A stretch of DNA of 64,000 nucleotides from a virus (IMGVR_UViG_3300032216_001965:11159-75158); one strand, 5' to 3'. Positions 40,945-50,780 are shown, numbered from the stretch's first letter. Numbers and translations are program-made. The notes: generated by a model from the sequence alone, not told the origin.

Positions 40945-42718
40945 CTTTGGTGATTTTCTTGAGGCTTTAAAAAATAATAATTTTAAAGAAACCCCAGTAA
41001 ATGCAAAAACATTTGTTGAGGGTGAAGACTACCTTGCTCAACCACCACTATCACAAATACAATATGACATTGTTGAAGCAATGAGTCAAATATATAAAAA
41101 AGAAGACTTAATTGAACTGCTTGGTGAAGAAGAAGGCAGAAGATATTATAAAAAATATACTAAGAATGAAATTATTCTGCAACTTGGCAAGGGATCTGGA
41201 AAAGACTTTGTATCAACTGTAGCATGTGCATATATAGTATATAAACTATTATGTCTAAAAGACCCTGCTCGTTATTTTGGAAAGCCTTCTGGAGATGCCA
41301 TTGACCTTATTAATGTGGCTATCAACGCACAGCAAGCAAAAAATGTTTTCTTTAAAGGATTTAAAACAAAGATTGAAAAGTCACCATGGTTTGCTGGAAA
41401 GTATAACCCTAAAGCAGAAAGCATTGAGTTTGATAATGCAATTACGGTTTACTCTGGTCACTCTGAAAGAGAATCTCATGAAGGATTGAACCTACTTCTT
41501 GCAGTACTAGATGAGATTTCTGGTTTTGCCAATGAAGTTGGTACTGGAAATGATCAAGGGAAAACTGCTGACAATATTTATAAAGCCTTCCGTGCCTCTG
41601 TTGATTCTCGCTTTCCAGACTTAGGAAAGGTAGCACTTCTTTCATTCCCAAGATATCCAGGAGACTTTATTTCACAAAAATATGATGATGTAATTGTAGA
41701 AAAAGATGTCATCAAAAAAGATCATACTTTTATAATGAATGAGGATTTGCCAGAAGATGCTGAAGGAAATAAACTATCTATTACTTGGGATGAAGATAGT
41801 ATTGTTTCTTATAAGTATCCTGGTGTTTTTGCATTAAAACGCCCTACATGGATTGTTAACCCAACAAGAAAGATAGATGACTTTAAGTTAGCCTTTTACA
41901 CAGACCTTGGTGATGCAATGCAAAGATTTGCATGTGTACCAACCTATTCAACTGATGCATTTTTTAAACAACAAGAAAAAGTTAGAGCGTGTATGACAAT
42001 TAGAAACCCAATTGATACATACAAAAGATTTGATGAAACATTTAAACCAGATCCAAATAAAAAATATTATGTACATGCTGACCTTGCACAAAAGCACGAT
42101 AAGTGTGCTGTAGCAATTGCACATGTAGAAAAATGGGTAAATATTCAGGTAATTAAAGACTATCAACAAGTTGCGCCAGTAGTTGTAGTAGATGCTGTAG
42201 TATATTGGGAACCAAAAGTTGAAGGACCAGTAAACCTTTCTGAGGTAAAACTATGGATTCAAAATCTTAGAAGACAAGGATTTGATATTGGAATGGTTTC
42301 CTTTGACCGCTGGCAGTCATTTGATATTCAAAATGAATTAAAGCAAGTAGGAATGAGAACTGAAACTGTTTCTGTTGCTAAAAAACACTATGAGGATATG
42401 GCAATGCTTGTTTATGAGGAAAGACTTGTTATGCCAGCAATTGAACTTTTGTTTGAAGAACTAACAGAATTAAAAATCATGAAAAATAATAGAGTTGACC
42501 ACCCAAGAAAATCTTCTAAGGACTTAGCAGATGCTGTGTGTGGAGCAATATTTGGGGCTATATCACATACCCCAAAAAATATAGATGAAGAGGTTGAGAT
42601 TCATACCTTTAGAGATAAATCTAAAGATCAATTTGACTCAAATGCTTCAAATGTGATACACTATAAACCTATGCCAAAAGATGTAAAAGATTATTTGGAT
42701 AGATTCGATCTACTATAA
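40934..42718 (+). CDS. Terminase large subunit
   Basis: Walker A LGKGSGKD, Walker B AVLDEISGF, nuclease HADLA and DLADAV. Confidence 0.9.
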   Translation: MMADFGDFLEALKNNNFKETPVNAKTFVEGEDYLAQPPLSQIQYDIVEAMSQIYKKEDLIELLGEEEGRRYYKKYTKNEIILQLGKGSGKDFVSTVACAYIVYKLLCLKDPARYFGKPSGDAIDLINVAINAQQAKNVFFKGFKTKIEKSPWFAGKYNPKAESIEFDNAITVYSGHSERESHEGLNLLLAVLDEISGFANEVGTGNDQGKTADNIYKAFRASVDSRFPDLGKVALLSFPRYPGDFISQKYDDVIVEKDVIKKDHTFIMNEDLPEDAEGNKLSITWDEDSIVSYKYPGVFALKRPTWIVNPTRKIDDFKLAFYTDLGDAMQRFACVPTYSTDAFFKQQEKVRACMTIRNPIDTYKRFDETFKPDPNKKYYVHADLAQKHDKCAVAIAHVEKWVNIQVIKDYQQVAPVVVVDAVVYWEPKVEGPVNLSEVKLWIQNLRRQGFDIGMVSFDRWQSFDIQNELKQVGMRTETVSVAKKHYEDMAMLVYEERLVMPAIELLFEELTELKIMKNNRVDHPRKSSKDLADAVCGAIFGAISHTPKNIDEEVEIHTFRDKSKDQFDSNASNVIHYKPMPKDVKDYLDRFDLL

Positions 42719-42736
42719 AGAAAAGGAATAAATTAA

Positions 42737-43864
42737 ATGAACTCATTTAAGAAAATCGCTATAGCCATGGTTGCAGCCATGACTACCGCAACAATCGTAG
42801 CATCACCTGCAAGTGCTGCTGTAATGACAGTCGCTGTATCTCTAGATGGAACTGCTAACACAACAGCATCCGCTATTGCTACACCTGCATCATTGCCAGT
42901 CCCTGCAGACAATTCAGTCGACGCTGCTGACGCACTAAAGTTTATTGCAACAGTTGATGTTGGAACAAACGTAACAGTTTCAGCAACAAATGCAACAATC
43001 GTGTCTGCACTACACACATCTGCTGCACCAGTAGGAGCAACATCAGGATCATCATCTTTGACAGTTGCAACTGGTACAGGAACAACAGCAACATTTTATG
43101 TCTACACAAAGACAACAGCAATTGGTACAGTTGTAATCACCAATGGTGGAACACAACTTACATACTACGTACAGGGAACTGCTGGCAAGATTAACTCTCT
43201 TACAGTCTCTGCACCAACATCAGGTGCTGCTGGTACAAAGCAAGATATCACAGTAACTGCAACAGATACATTTGGTAACAAGGTATCAGGTAAGTCAATT
43301 ACTGCAACAGTATTTGCTGCTACAGCAACACTAGATTCAGCAACAGCAACAACTGGTGCTACACTTTCAGACTTTGGAGTTGCTACATTTAAGGCAACAC
43401 TTCCAACAACTGGAACACGCTCACTAATAACATTTGCACCAACAACATCATCTGATGCAACAACTGCAGATGTAGTTGGTCTTCCTGCTCGTGCACTTGC
43501 ACCATTTGCAGAAATTGCAGTTCGTGATCTAGTATCAGAACTTGCTGCACAGGTTGCTGCTAAGGATGCAGCACTTGCTGCTAAGGCTATTGCAGATGCT
43601 GCAGTTGTAAAGGCTAACGCTGATGCTGCTGCTGCTAAGGTTGCTTCAGATGCTGCTCTTGCAGCAGAGAAGGCTGCTTCTGCAAAGGCACTTGCTGATG
43701 CAAAGACTGCACACGATGCAGTTGTAGTTGCTAAGGATGCACAGATTGCTAAGTTGACTGCAGATAATGCTGCTACAATTGCAAATCTTAAGGCATCATT
43801 CAATGCACTTGCTAAGCAGTGGAATGCAAAGAATCCAAAGGCTAAGGTTACTTTAGTTAAGTAA
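42737..43864 (+). CDS. Secreted Ala/Thr-rich surface protein, Ig-like domains + coiled coil
   Basis: Signal peptide MNSFKKIAIAMVAAM...PASA; VTATDTFGNKVSG Ig/invasin-like motif; Ala-rich C-terminal heptads. Confidence 0.7.
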   Translation: MNSFKKIAIAMVAAMTTATIVASPASAAVMTVAVSLDGTANTTASAIATPASLPVPADNSVDAADALKFIATVDVGTNVTVSATNATIVSALHTSAAPVGATSGSSSLTVATGTGTTATFYVYTKTTAIGTVVITNGGTQLTYYVQGTAGKINSLTVSAPTSGAAGTKQDITVTATDTFGNKVSGKSITATVFAATATLDSATATTGATLSDFGVATFKATLPTTGTRSLITFAPTTSSDATTADVVGLPARALAPFAEIAVRDLVSELAAQVAAKDAALAAKAIADAAVVKANADAAAAKVASDAALAAEKAASAKALADAKTAHDAVVVAKDAQIAKLTADNAATIANLKASFNALAKQWNAKNPKAKVTLVK

Positions 43865-43877
43865 TTAGTCCAACACT

Positions 43878-43910
43878 AAAGGGGTTACCAATTACGGTAG
43901 CCCCTTTTTT
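43878..43910 (+). terminator. Rho-independent terminator
   Basis: AAAGGGGTTACC-aattac-GGTAGCCCCTTTTTT. Confidence 0.85.
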
Positions 43911-43921
43911 GTGCAATAAAA

Positions 43922-43930
43922 TGGTATAAT
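43922..43930 (+). promoter_or_regulatory. Extended -10 promoter (TGGTATAAT)
   Basis: Right after terminator, upstream of PA14 gene. Confidence 0.6.
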
Positions 43931-43969
43931 CATCCTAACAGACATCTTGTTTCTAAGGGGGAAAGGTAA

Positions 43970-46090
43970 ATTAAAAGATTAATACGCATAATAATAGCGT
44001 CAATATTGGCTTTTGGATGGCTATTAATATCCCCACAACATGCTCACTCTGACGATCCCTTAACAGTAGCAGCCCAAGAAATTCAAAGCCTAAACTCTGC
44101 GGTAGATAAATTAGAGTACAAACAAGGTTTAATAGATCTAATTGACATAGCAGAAAATAAATTTATGTCTGCTAAAAGTATGAAAGAGACAACAGATATT
44201 GCTGCTAAAGCCTATGATAATGCAGTAAGCCAGGAGGCTGATGCACTTTCTGCAAAAATATCTGCACAAGAAATAGTTGATTTACAACAATTAGTCGTTG
44301 ATCAAACACTACAAAATAAAAATGATGCAAAAGACAATCTTGATTTAGCAAATATTAATCTTAATACAGCACAATCAAATTTACAAAGTGCAAGTGGTGC
44401 TGGGTTAAAATACGATGTTTATAGTTTAATTAGACAAAATGGACAGGCTGTTCCATATCAATACCTATGTTCTGGTATTTTAAATGGAAACTCTATGTCT
44501 CCTGGCACTGCAACATGTGGATATTATCAAAATTTTATTGTTAAGTTTACTGGAAAAATAACAGTTCCATCATGGTTTACATCAACAAAATTTGCAGGAT
44601 ATACAGATGATGGTTTTAAAATGTATGTCAATGGAAACCTTGCTATAAATAATTGGCGGGAGCAAGGAACTACTTGGAGTGCATACTCTCCCATATATGA
44701 TGTAAGTGAAGAAAAAGCATTAAATGTAGAAATTTGGTGGTATAACGGTGGTGGTCCAGGATACTATAGTTTGGGTTGGGCAATACTTGGAGGCTGGACT
44801 AGTGCTGGTTGTGATTATTCTGGAAATCCAAGAGTCTGGGGACAAAACTTTAGTTGTAACTTAAATACATTTTCATCTGGATCTGGGGCAACACAAGAAC
44901 AACTTTCCGCTTATGATAAAGCACTTGCTGATAAGAATACAGCACAACAAAATTATAATGATAAAGTAACTATTTATAATGCAGAAGTAGCAACATTAAA
45001 TGCAGATAATCAAACTTTAACAAATAAAATATCTGAATACGATAATGCTGTCATTAATACAGCAAATAATTTAGATGCTAAAATTAATACAGCACAAGGT
45101 TATAAAAATCAACTTAATGATTTAAATAATGCAATTGATGACGCATGGCGTTACTATGATGAGCAATCACAAAAAGAAATTCAAAGAGCAATTGCTCAAG
45201 CAGCAGCAAATGCTGCAGCAAATCAGCCTAAGCCAGAGCCTTCTCCAGAACCAAAGCCAACAGTTGAGCCACCAAAGCCTAAGCCATCTGCTCCACCTAC
45301 ACTACCAGCAGATGAACAGCCAAATCCAAAACCAACTGGTAGTAGCAATACTGATAATGCAAATAATAATAACCCAACACCAAAACCTATTGAGCAACCA
45401 AAACCAGAGCCAAAGCCTACACAAGAACCCAAGCCTGATCCAAAACCTACTATTGCTCCAGAACCAAAGCCAGAACCCACTCCAGAGCCTCCTGCACCTG
45501 AGCCAAAGCCATTGCCAAGACCAGACTTTAAGCCAGCAGAAAACATTGATCCAGTAATTAAAGATGCAGTTTTAGCAGCACTTATTCCTGAAAAAGGCAG
45601 CGGTACGTCAGAAGACTTATCTGGAGTTATAGCAAATCTTACTAGCAAAGATAATAAACTAGTTAAATTATCACCAGAACAAACAGCAGCAGTTAGCCAA
45701 ACACTTAAGGCTTTAACACAAGAAGCAAAAACACAAGTTGCTGAAAATCTTGGTATTTCTGCATCAGAAGTTGCAAAAGTTGCAGATCAGATGAAATCCA
45801 ATCCAGCACTTGCTGCAGCATTTATTGCATTTAATGATAAAGCAGCAAAAGCGGGAGATACTCCAATGCCATTTACATTGGCAGATGCAGTAACAGAGGT
45901 TCAAACAGATGCATTCCTTCAAGATCCACTAGGAGCAGTATTTAATGTGGATGTAAAAGCATTACTATCTAATTTCTCTGAGTTAGGTAGCGATATGACA
46001 GATGATCAGAGAGAAAAAGCACAAGAAGTAGTTGTCCCAGTGGTCATTGTGTCACAAATTGCAGGGGCAATGATAAGGAGGAACAAATGA
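43970..46090 (+). CDS. Exported PA14-domain protein with coiled coil, Pro-rich stalk and C-terminal hydrophobic segment
   Basis: PA14-like FTGKITVP...GYTDDGFKMYVNG...VEIWWYNGGG; PEPKP repeats ~45227-45535; start likely ATT 43970 (track uses TTG 44006). Confidence 0.7.
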   Translation: MKRLIRIIIASILAFGWLLISPQHAHSDDPLTVAAQEIQSLNSAVDKLEYKQGLIDLIDIAENKFMSAKSMKETTDIAAKAYDNAVSQEADALSAKISAQEIVDLQQLVVDQTLQNKNDAKDNLDLANINLNTAQSNLQSASGAGLKYDVYSLIRQNGQAVPYQYLCSGILNGNSMSPGTATCGYYQNFIVKFTGKITVPSWFTSTKFAGYTDDGFKMYVNGNLAINNWREQGTTWSAYSPIYDVSEEKALNVEIWWYNGGGPGYYSLGWAILGGWTSAGCDYSGNPRVWGQNFSCNLNTFSSGSGATQEQLSAYDKALADKNTAQQNYNDKVTIYNAEVATLNADNQTLTNKISEYDNAVINTANNLDAKINTAQGYKNQLNDLNNAIDDAWRYYDEQSQKEIQRAIAQAAANAAANQPKPEPSPEPKPTVEPPKPKPSAPPTLPADEQPNPKPTGSSNTDNANNNNPTPKPIEQPKPEPKPTQEPKPDPKPTIAPEPKPEPTPEPPAPEPKPLPRPDFKPAENIDPVIKDAVLAALIPEKGSGTSEDLSGVIANLTSKDNKLVKLSPEQTAAVSQTLKALTQEAKTQVAENLGISASEVAKVADQMKSNPALAAAFIAFNDKAAKAGDTPMPFTLADAVTEVQTDAFLQDPLGAVFNVDVKALLSNFSELGSDMTDDQREKAQEVVVPVVIVSQIAGAMIRRNK

Positions 46091-46314
46091 AAATAATCAA
46101 TAAAGCCATCAACCTGGTAGGCAAAATGCTCAAGGGATTAATCAAATGGTTTAAAGATGCAGGAATGGAATTAATTGCACAGGCATTCACCCTCCTTGGC
46201 TTCTTTATAGCATGGCTAACTTTGACGGGATCAGCAAGAGACATTGTTGGAATTGCAGTACTTGCAACAACAGTTATTTGGTTAATTACAATCCCACTAA
46301 GAAAGGAGGACTAA
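46087..46314 (+). CDS. Two-TM membrane protein
   Basis: Hydrophobic helices; ATGA overlap with upstream gene. Confidence 0.6.
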   Translation: MKIINKAINLVGKMLKGLIKWFKDAGMELIAQAFTLLGFFIAWLTLTGSARDIVGIAVLATTVIWLITIPLRKED

Positions 46315-46315
46315 A

Positions 46316-46603
46316 ATGGCAACTAAAAAAGTAGTAGTAGAGGCTCCAAAGAAGGAGCATCCACAAAAGGCTTTGACGAATGTTTTGATGCGTATTGTAG
46401 CGGTATTTGCAGCATCAGGACTATCAGTCTTAGGAGCAGGAGCCGTAGTAGGAATTGATACAGTTCAAGCAGTTATGCTTGCAGGACTATTAGGAGTAGC
46501 AACAGTTATTGAAAGACTGGCAAGGGCTTTTTTGGACGATGGAAGGCTATCATTAGCAGAAATAAATGATGCATTTAAGACTGTAGACAAAAAGGCTAAT
46601 TAA
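46316..46603 (+). CDS. Membrane protein, holin-like
   Basis: Two hydrophobic helices, charged C-terminus. Confidence 0.45.
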   Translation: MATKKVVVEAPKKEHPQKALTNVLMRIVAVFAASGLSVLGAGAVVGIDTVQAVMLAGLLGVATVIERLARAFLDDGRLSLAEINDAFKTVDKKAN

Positions 46604-46619
46604 TCATTATTAAATTGGT

Positions 46620-46649
46620 TTGACATCCCCTTTTAGGTAATGGTATACT
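46620..46649 (+). promoter_or_regulatory. Near-consensus sigma70 promoter TTGACA-18-TATACT with extended -10
   Basis: TTGACA 46620-25; TGGTATACT 46641-49. Confidence 0.75.
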
Positions 46650-46675
46650 TTATATATCCTAGAAGGGGATTCTAC

Positions 46676-47368
46676 ATGTCAAAAGAATTTGATAAAAATA
46701 TTATGCCACAAAAATTTTTTTATAGAGATTTAGATGTTGATTTAAATGAAGCATCTGATATTTTAAAAAAAGAATATGAAAGAATTGCAAAAGGAGAAAT
46801 GCGTGGAATAGCACCACATGATAAAGAACTGGACATTTTTACATATTCAAATTCATACTCAACTCAAAAATCAAGAGAGTACAATGCTTTTCAAATGTAT
46901 TATCCATTTCTTCATGATCTTTACTCAAGCGTTGTTGATATGACTCGTGAAGCATGCGAATATTATGACATTGATTATAATTCAGAACAGTGGGTTGCAC
47001 AGGCTTGGTTTAATATTAATAGTAATCAAAAGGGTGGCAAACTAAATTGGCATGACCATTTAGATCCAAACATTAAAGTTCCATCATTTCATGGATATTA
47101 TTGTGTAAATGCTGAACCATCAAAAACTCACTACCAAGTAAATGGTGAAATTAAGATTAATGAAAATAAAAACAATAGAGCAATTTTATCTTTAATTGGT
47201 TTCCCTCATGCAATGGGAAACTGGGAATGGGAAGGTGACAGAATAACTGTTGCATATGATGTTTTTCCAATGAGAATTTTAACTCAAGAAGCATTCTTAA
47301 ATGCTGATCTTAAAGATCACGAAGACTTCTGGGAGCAACACTATTTCCCATTGCCAAAAATATACTAG
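46676..47368 (+). CDS. Putative 2OG-Fe(II) oxygenase (PF13759/TIGR02466-like)
   Basis: AWFNIN...WHDH...FHGYYCV...PH motif; SD AAGGGG before ATG 46676. Confidence 0.65.
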   Translation: MSKEFDKNIMPQKFFYRDLDVDLNEASDILKKEYERIAKGEMRGIAPHDKELDIFTYSNSYSTQKSREYNAFQMYYPFLHDLYSSVVDMTREACEYYDIDYNSEQWVAQAWFNINSNQKGGKLNWHDHLDPNIKVPSFHGYYCVNAEPSKTHYQVNGEIKINENKNNRAILSLIGFPHAMGNWEWEGDRITVAYDVFPMRILTQEAFLNADLKDHEDFWEQHYFPLPKIY

Positions 47369-47376
47369 GAGAAAAA

Positions 47377-47901
47377 GTGACTTGTATTGCTGTAGTAAAA
47401 CATGAAGATAAAATCTATATGGCTGGAGATCGTGGTGCCTCAGATGATGGAACTATCCTATCACTTGATGCCCCTAAAGTTTGGAAAATAGGTCCATATC
47501 TTATTGGGTATGCTGGAGCAATGGATGGAGAAAGAATCCGTTATAATTTTAAGCCAACACCTCCAAATATTAAAGACACAGATAAGTTTATGCAGACAAA
47601 GTTTGTAAAAGAGTTGCGTGAATTCTATAATGAGTTTTGGGTCGATACATCTAAAGATGGAGACCTTGGTTTAATAATTGCAGTTCGTGGAAACATATAT
47701 GAACACAGTTCTGCTGATATGTCTTTATCTAAGTACACACTTCCTTATCTTGCAATGGGGTCTGGTGCGGAGTATGCATATGGTGTTTTATATGCAACTG
47801 ACAAACAAAAGAATGCAAGAAATAGAGTCATGCAAGCAGTCAGTGCTGCCATTAAGTTCAACCCATCATGCATGGGTCCCGTGGATGTCATAAGTATTTA
47901 A
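47377..47901 (+). CDS. Ntn-hydrolase threonine protease (HslV/proteasome beta-like)
   Basis: Thr directly after initiator, MAGD, PKVWKI, IGYAG, AMGSG. Confidence 0.8.
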   Translation: MTCIAVVKHEDKIYMAGDRGASDDGTILSLDAPKVWKIGPYLIGYAGAMDGERIRYNFKPTPPNIKDTDKFMQTKFVKELREFYNEFWVDTSKDGDLGLIIAVRGNIYEHSSADMSLSKYTLPYLAMGSGAEYAYGVLYATDKQKNARNRVMQAVSAAIKFNPSCMGPVDVISI

Positions 47902-48549
47902 ATGTTTGAAAAAAATAATATTATTGGATCTGAGTATTGGATTAATTCAGCAAACAAACCATTTCCAGAAATTATAAATGATAATTTTCAATTGCCTAAA
48001 AAATGGGGATCTTCTGAAATATCATTTAATGAAAACTATATTAATAAAATATTAAAACCAATTAATGGTTATGCAAATATTTTTTCAACTAAACCAGAAC
48101 TTATAGATAATAATGGTGAAATTAATTTGAGATATTATACTCATGCAGAGATATGGGTTGAACCAAAAGATAATGGCGTATATGCATTAGATAAGTGTTG
48201 GCAAACTCAGTTTTACCCATCAGAAATAGAGTTTCTTGTACCTGATGATTGTTATGATGCTGCATATAAGTTTTATACTCCTTGGCTTTTAGATGTAAGT
48301 AAAAATTTTTATTTAAAAGAAATAAAAGAATCTCCATTTAAAATTTTAAAAAATGATATTAGTTTTAATTTATTAAAAAAACAATATCTGCTAGATTCTC
48401 CATGGATATACTTTGCAATTAAAAAAACAGGTAAACATATATCTTATTATGAAAATGAGCCATACTCTATTTTAGATATAAAAACTCCTATTTGTGATAT
48501 AATAATTGATGATAAAAACATATTAGAAAGACTGCTAAATGAACGATAA
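47902..48549 (+). CDS. Hypothetical protein (AT-rich)
   Basis: 215-aa ORF; weak resemblance to neighbouring DUF6065-like gene. Confidence 0.45.
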   Translation: MFEKNNIIGSEYWINSANKPFPEIINDNFQLPKKWGSSEISFNENYINKILKPINGYANIFSTKPELIDNNGEINLRYYTHAEIWVEPKDNGVYALDKCWQTQFYPSEIEFLVPDDCYDAAYKFYTPWLLDVSKNFYLKEIKESPFKILKNDISFNLLKKQYLLDSPWIYFAIKKTGKHISYYENEPYSILDIKTPICDIIIDDKNILERLLNER

Positions 48550-49273
48550 AAAAATAATTAAGTTTATAACATCTAGGTTTCCAAATAATGATCCACAAGA
48601 TGTACCAGTTCCATCGGTAAACATGTTGCCAAATTGGTATAAAGATCTTGCACCATATAATAATGCTACAAGCACAAATATTAAACATCTATATCCTATA
48701 AATGATCGTGGATCTGATGGCACAGATGTTTCTACAAAATTATGTATGCCATTTTTAGATGCTATGATTTCTGGGTATATGATTGTTTTGCCAGAAGATG
48801 TAATTGTAGAAATAAAGGATGATGAAAAACCAATACTGTCATGGTCTAGTTCAGATACAACAGTAGATATTAGGCCAAATGTAGATATGGCTATTCCTTC
48901 TGAATGCTATCCTATACATTTTGGCTGGAGAATGAACTGGTATTATGAAACACCACCAGGATATTCTTTAATGTTTACACATCCATTAAATAGGTATGAT
49001 TTGCCATTTTATGGAGCATCTGGAATTGTAGATTCAGATATTTGGGGTCTTCCTGTATTTTTACCATTTTTCTTAAAAAGAGGGTTTAGTGGTATAATTA
49101 AAAAAGGAACACCAATATATCAGGTAATTCCAATAAAAAGAGATGAGTGGGAAATGGATGTAGATTGCTCTGAAGATTCATTTTGGAAACATAAAGAAAT
49201 GGAAGAGCAAAGAAGATCACATATTACTGCACACTATAAAAAAACAACTTGGCAAAAGAAAAAATACAAATAG
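48539..49273 (+). CDS. DUF6065-like protein
   Basis: CMPFLDAM.SGY, ETPPGYS, PLNRYDLPF, GIVDSD, KGTPIYQVIP; paralog of 61099. Confidence 0.6.
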   Translation: MNDKKIIKFITSRFPNNDPQDVPVPSVNMLPNWYKDLAPYNNATSTNIKHLYPINDRGSDGTDVSTKLCMPFLDAMISGYMIVLPEDVIVEIKDDEKPILSWSSSDTTVDIRPNVDMAIPSECYPIHFGWRMNWYYETPPGYSLMFTHPLNRYDLPFYGASGIVDSDIWGLPVFLPFFLKRGFSGIIKKGTPIYQVIPIKRDEWEMDVDCSEDSFWKHKEMEEQRRSHITAHYKKTTWQKKKYK

Positions 49274-49281
49274 GAGAAAAA

Positions 49282-49938
49282 ATGCAAAATGATGTATACT
49301 CAATTTCAAAAACTTATAACAAACCACATAAGTTTTTTGAAAGATATTTAAATAATGACCTTGATAAATTGTCGCAATTTCTTACATTGGTATATGATAA
49401 AATTCAAAAAGAAGAAATTGAAGGAATTACTCCAGTTACTGAAAAAGATTTGTGGAAAGAGTCAAGCAGCGTATCCACTATGAAATGGAGAGAATATAAT
49501 GTGTTTCAATTTCATAGTCCAGCAATTTGGAATCTATACAAAGGAATTTCTGATACAGTAAAAGAAGCATGCGAATACTACGGTATTGATTTTGATAAAG
49601 AACAATACATGGTTCAAGGTTGGTTTAATATAAATAATAGAAAAACTGGAAAATTAGATTGGCATGATCACGGAGGACCGTGGGCACCATTTTTTCATGG
49701 GTATTATTGTGTAAAAGCAGAGCCATCTTCAACATTCTATAAAATAGATAATAAAGAAGAACTAATTGTAGAAAATAAAAATATAAATAATAGGTTGATT
49801 ATTTCTGAAATGGGTCATCCACATGCACAAGGAGATTGGGACTGGGACGGTGAAAGAATAACTATTGCCTATGATATTATGCCTATGAGGTTTATGCACC
49901 CAATGGATATGTCACAGCACTATATTCCACTACTGTAA
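49282..49938 (+). CDS. Putative 2OG-Fe(II) oxygenase, paralog of 46676
   Basis: GWFNIN...DWHDH...FHGYYCVKAEPS...PHAQGDWDWDGERITIAYD; SD AGGAG. Confidence 0.65.
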   Translation: MQNDVYSISKTYNKPHKFFERYLNNDLDKLSQFLTLVYDKIQKEEIEGITPVTEKDLWKESSSVSTMKWREYNVFQFHSPAIWNLYKGISDTVKEACEYYGIDFDKEQYMVQGWFNINNRKTGKLDWHDHGGPWAPFFHGYYCVKAEPSSTFYKIDNKEELIVENKNINNRLIISEMGHPHAQGDWDWDGERITIAYDIMPMRFMHPMDMSQHYIPLL

Positions 49939-49939
49939 T

Positions 49940-50758
49940 ATGAAAACAATTAAAGTCTTTATTTATTCATATAAAAATAAAAATTTGCTCAATAATCTTT
50001 TAGATATAATCGAAAAAGAGTCTAAAGAAAACATAATAAAATATTATGTTTATGATCAAAATAATATTAATAATGAAAAAAAATATAAAACTTTAAATAA
50101 TGTTTTTTATAATCACATTAAATGGGATAACTGGTCATCTATTACAAATTATAGAAGAAACTTTTTGTTGAGTCCGCTTGATTATTATTTAGAGTTATCG
50201 GATAAAATTGTTTTATCTAAAAATTGGGATTCTTTTTTAATAAATAATCTAAAAGATAAATCGGTTATTTCTGGTAAAAATAAAATAAATTTAAAATTTG
50301 GAAATATTTTTATAGAAAAAAAATACAATAATTCAGATTCTATTTCATTAACAAATTTTATAAATTTTGAATTATTTTTTAGCAAATTTAAAGATTCTAT
50401 AACACTTTTAGAGTTATCTAAATTAAAAGAGGTTGGTCAGGATATATACGGATCGGTTCTTTATGTTAATAAAAATATTAATATATTTTCTTTGCCAAAT
50501 AATTTTTACTATTTAAAAGATGATTATGAGGAACCATATAAGCCATACTCTATTTATCATGGATATAATGATATGATTGATGAAATCAAAAAAATGAATA
50601 CAGAAAATTTTAATAAATTTCACAACTTAGATTTATCAAAAATAAAAAAAATTCCATATCAACATAACGATGTACCTTTTTTAAGATTTTCAAACAACTT
50701 GGATGCTAGATCCGATGGAAGATATTTAAATACGTATAACTCAATAGAAATATTATAG
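49940..50758 (+). CDS. GT-A glycosyltransferase-like (GlcNAc-transferase PF11397-like, divergent)
   Basis: IKVFIYSYK...YYLELSDKIVLSKNWDSFLI resembles the YYLQIDSH..F...WD..LI block; canonical DSH not conserved. Confidence 0.4.
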   Translation: MKTIKVFIYSYKNKNLLNNLLDIIEKESKENIIKYYVYDQNNINNEKKYKTLNNVFYNHIKWDNWSSITNYRRNFLLSPLDYYLELSDKIVLSKNWDSFLINNLKDKSVISGKNKINLKFGNIFIEKKYNNSDSISLTNFINFELFFSKFKDSITLLELSKLKEVGQDIYGSVLYVNKNINIFSLPNNFYYLKDDYEEPYKPYSIYHGYNDMIDEIKKMNTENFNKFHNLDLSKIKKIPYQHNDVPFLRFSNNLDARSDGRYLNTYNSIEIL

Positions 50759-50780
50759 TATAATTATAAAAAGGAGAAAA

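Noticed and set aside
29345-42718. Inteins or introns in DnaB, DnaE, RecA, terminase
   Set aside because: Lengths are typical, motifs contiguous, and no intein C/S...HN ends or LAGLIDADG motifs seen
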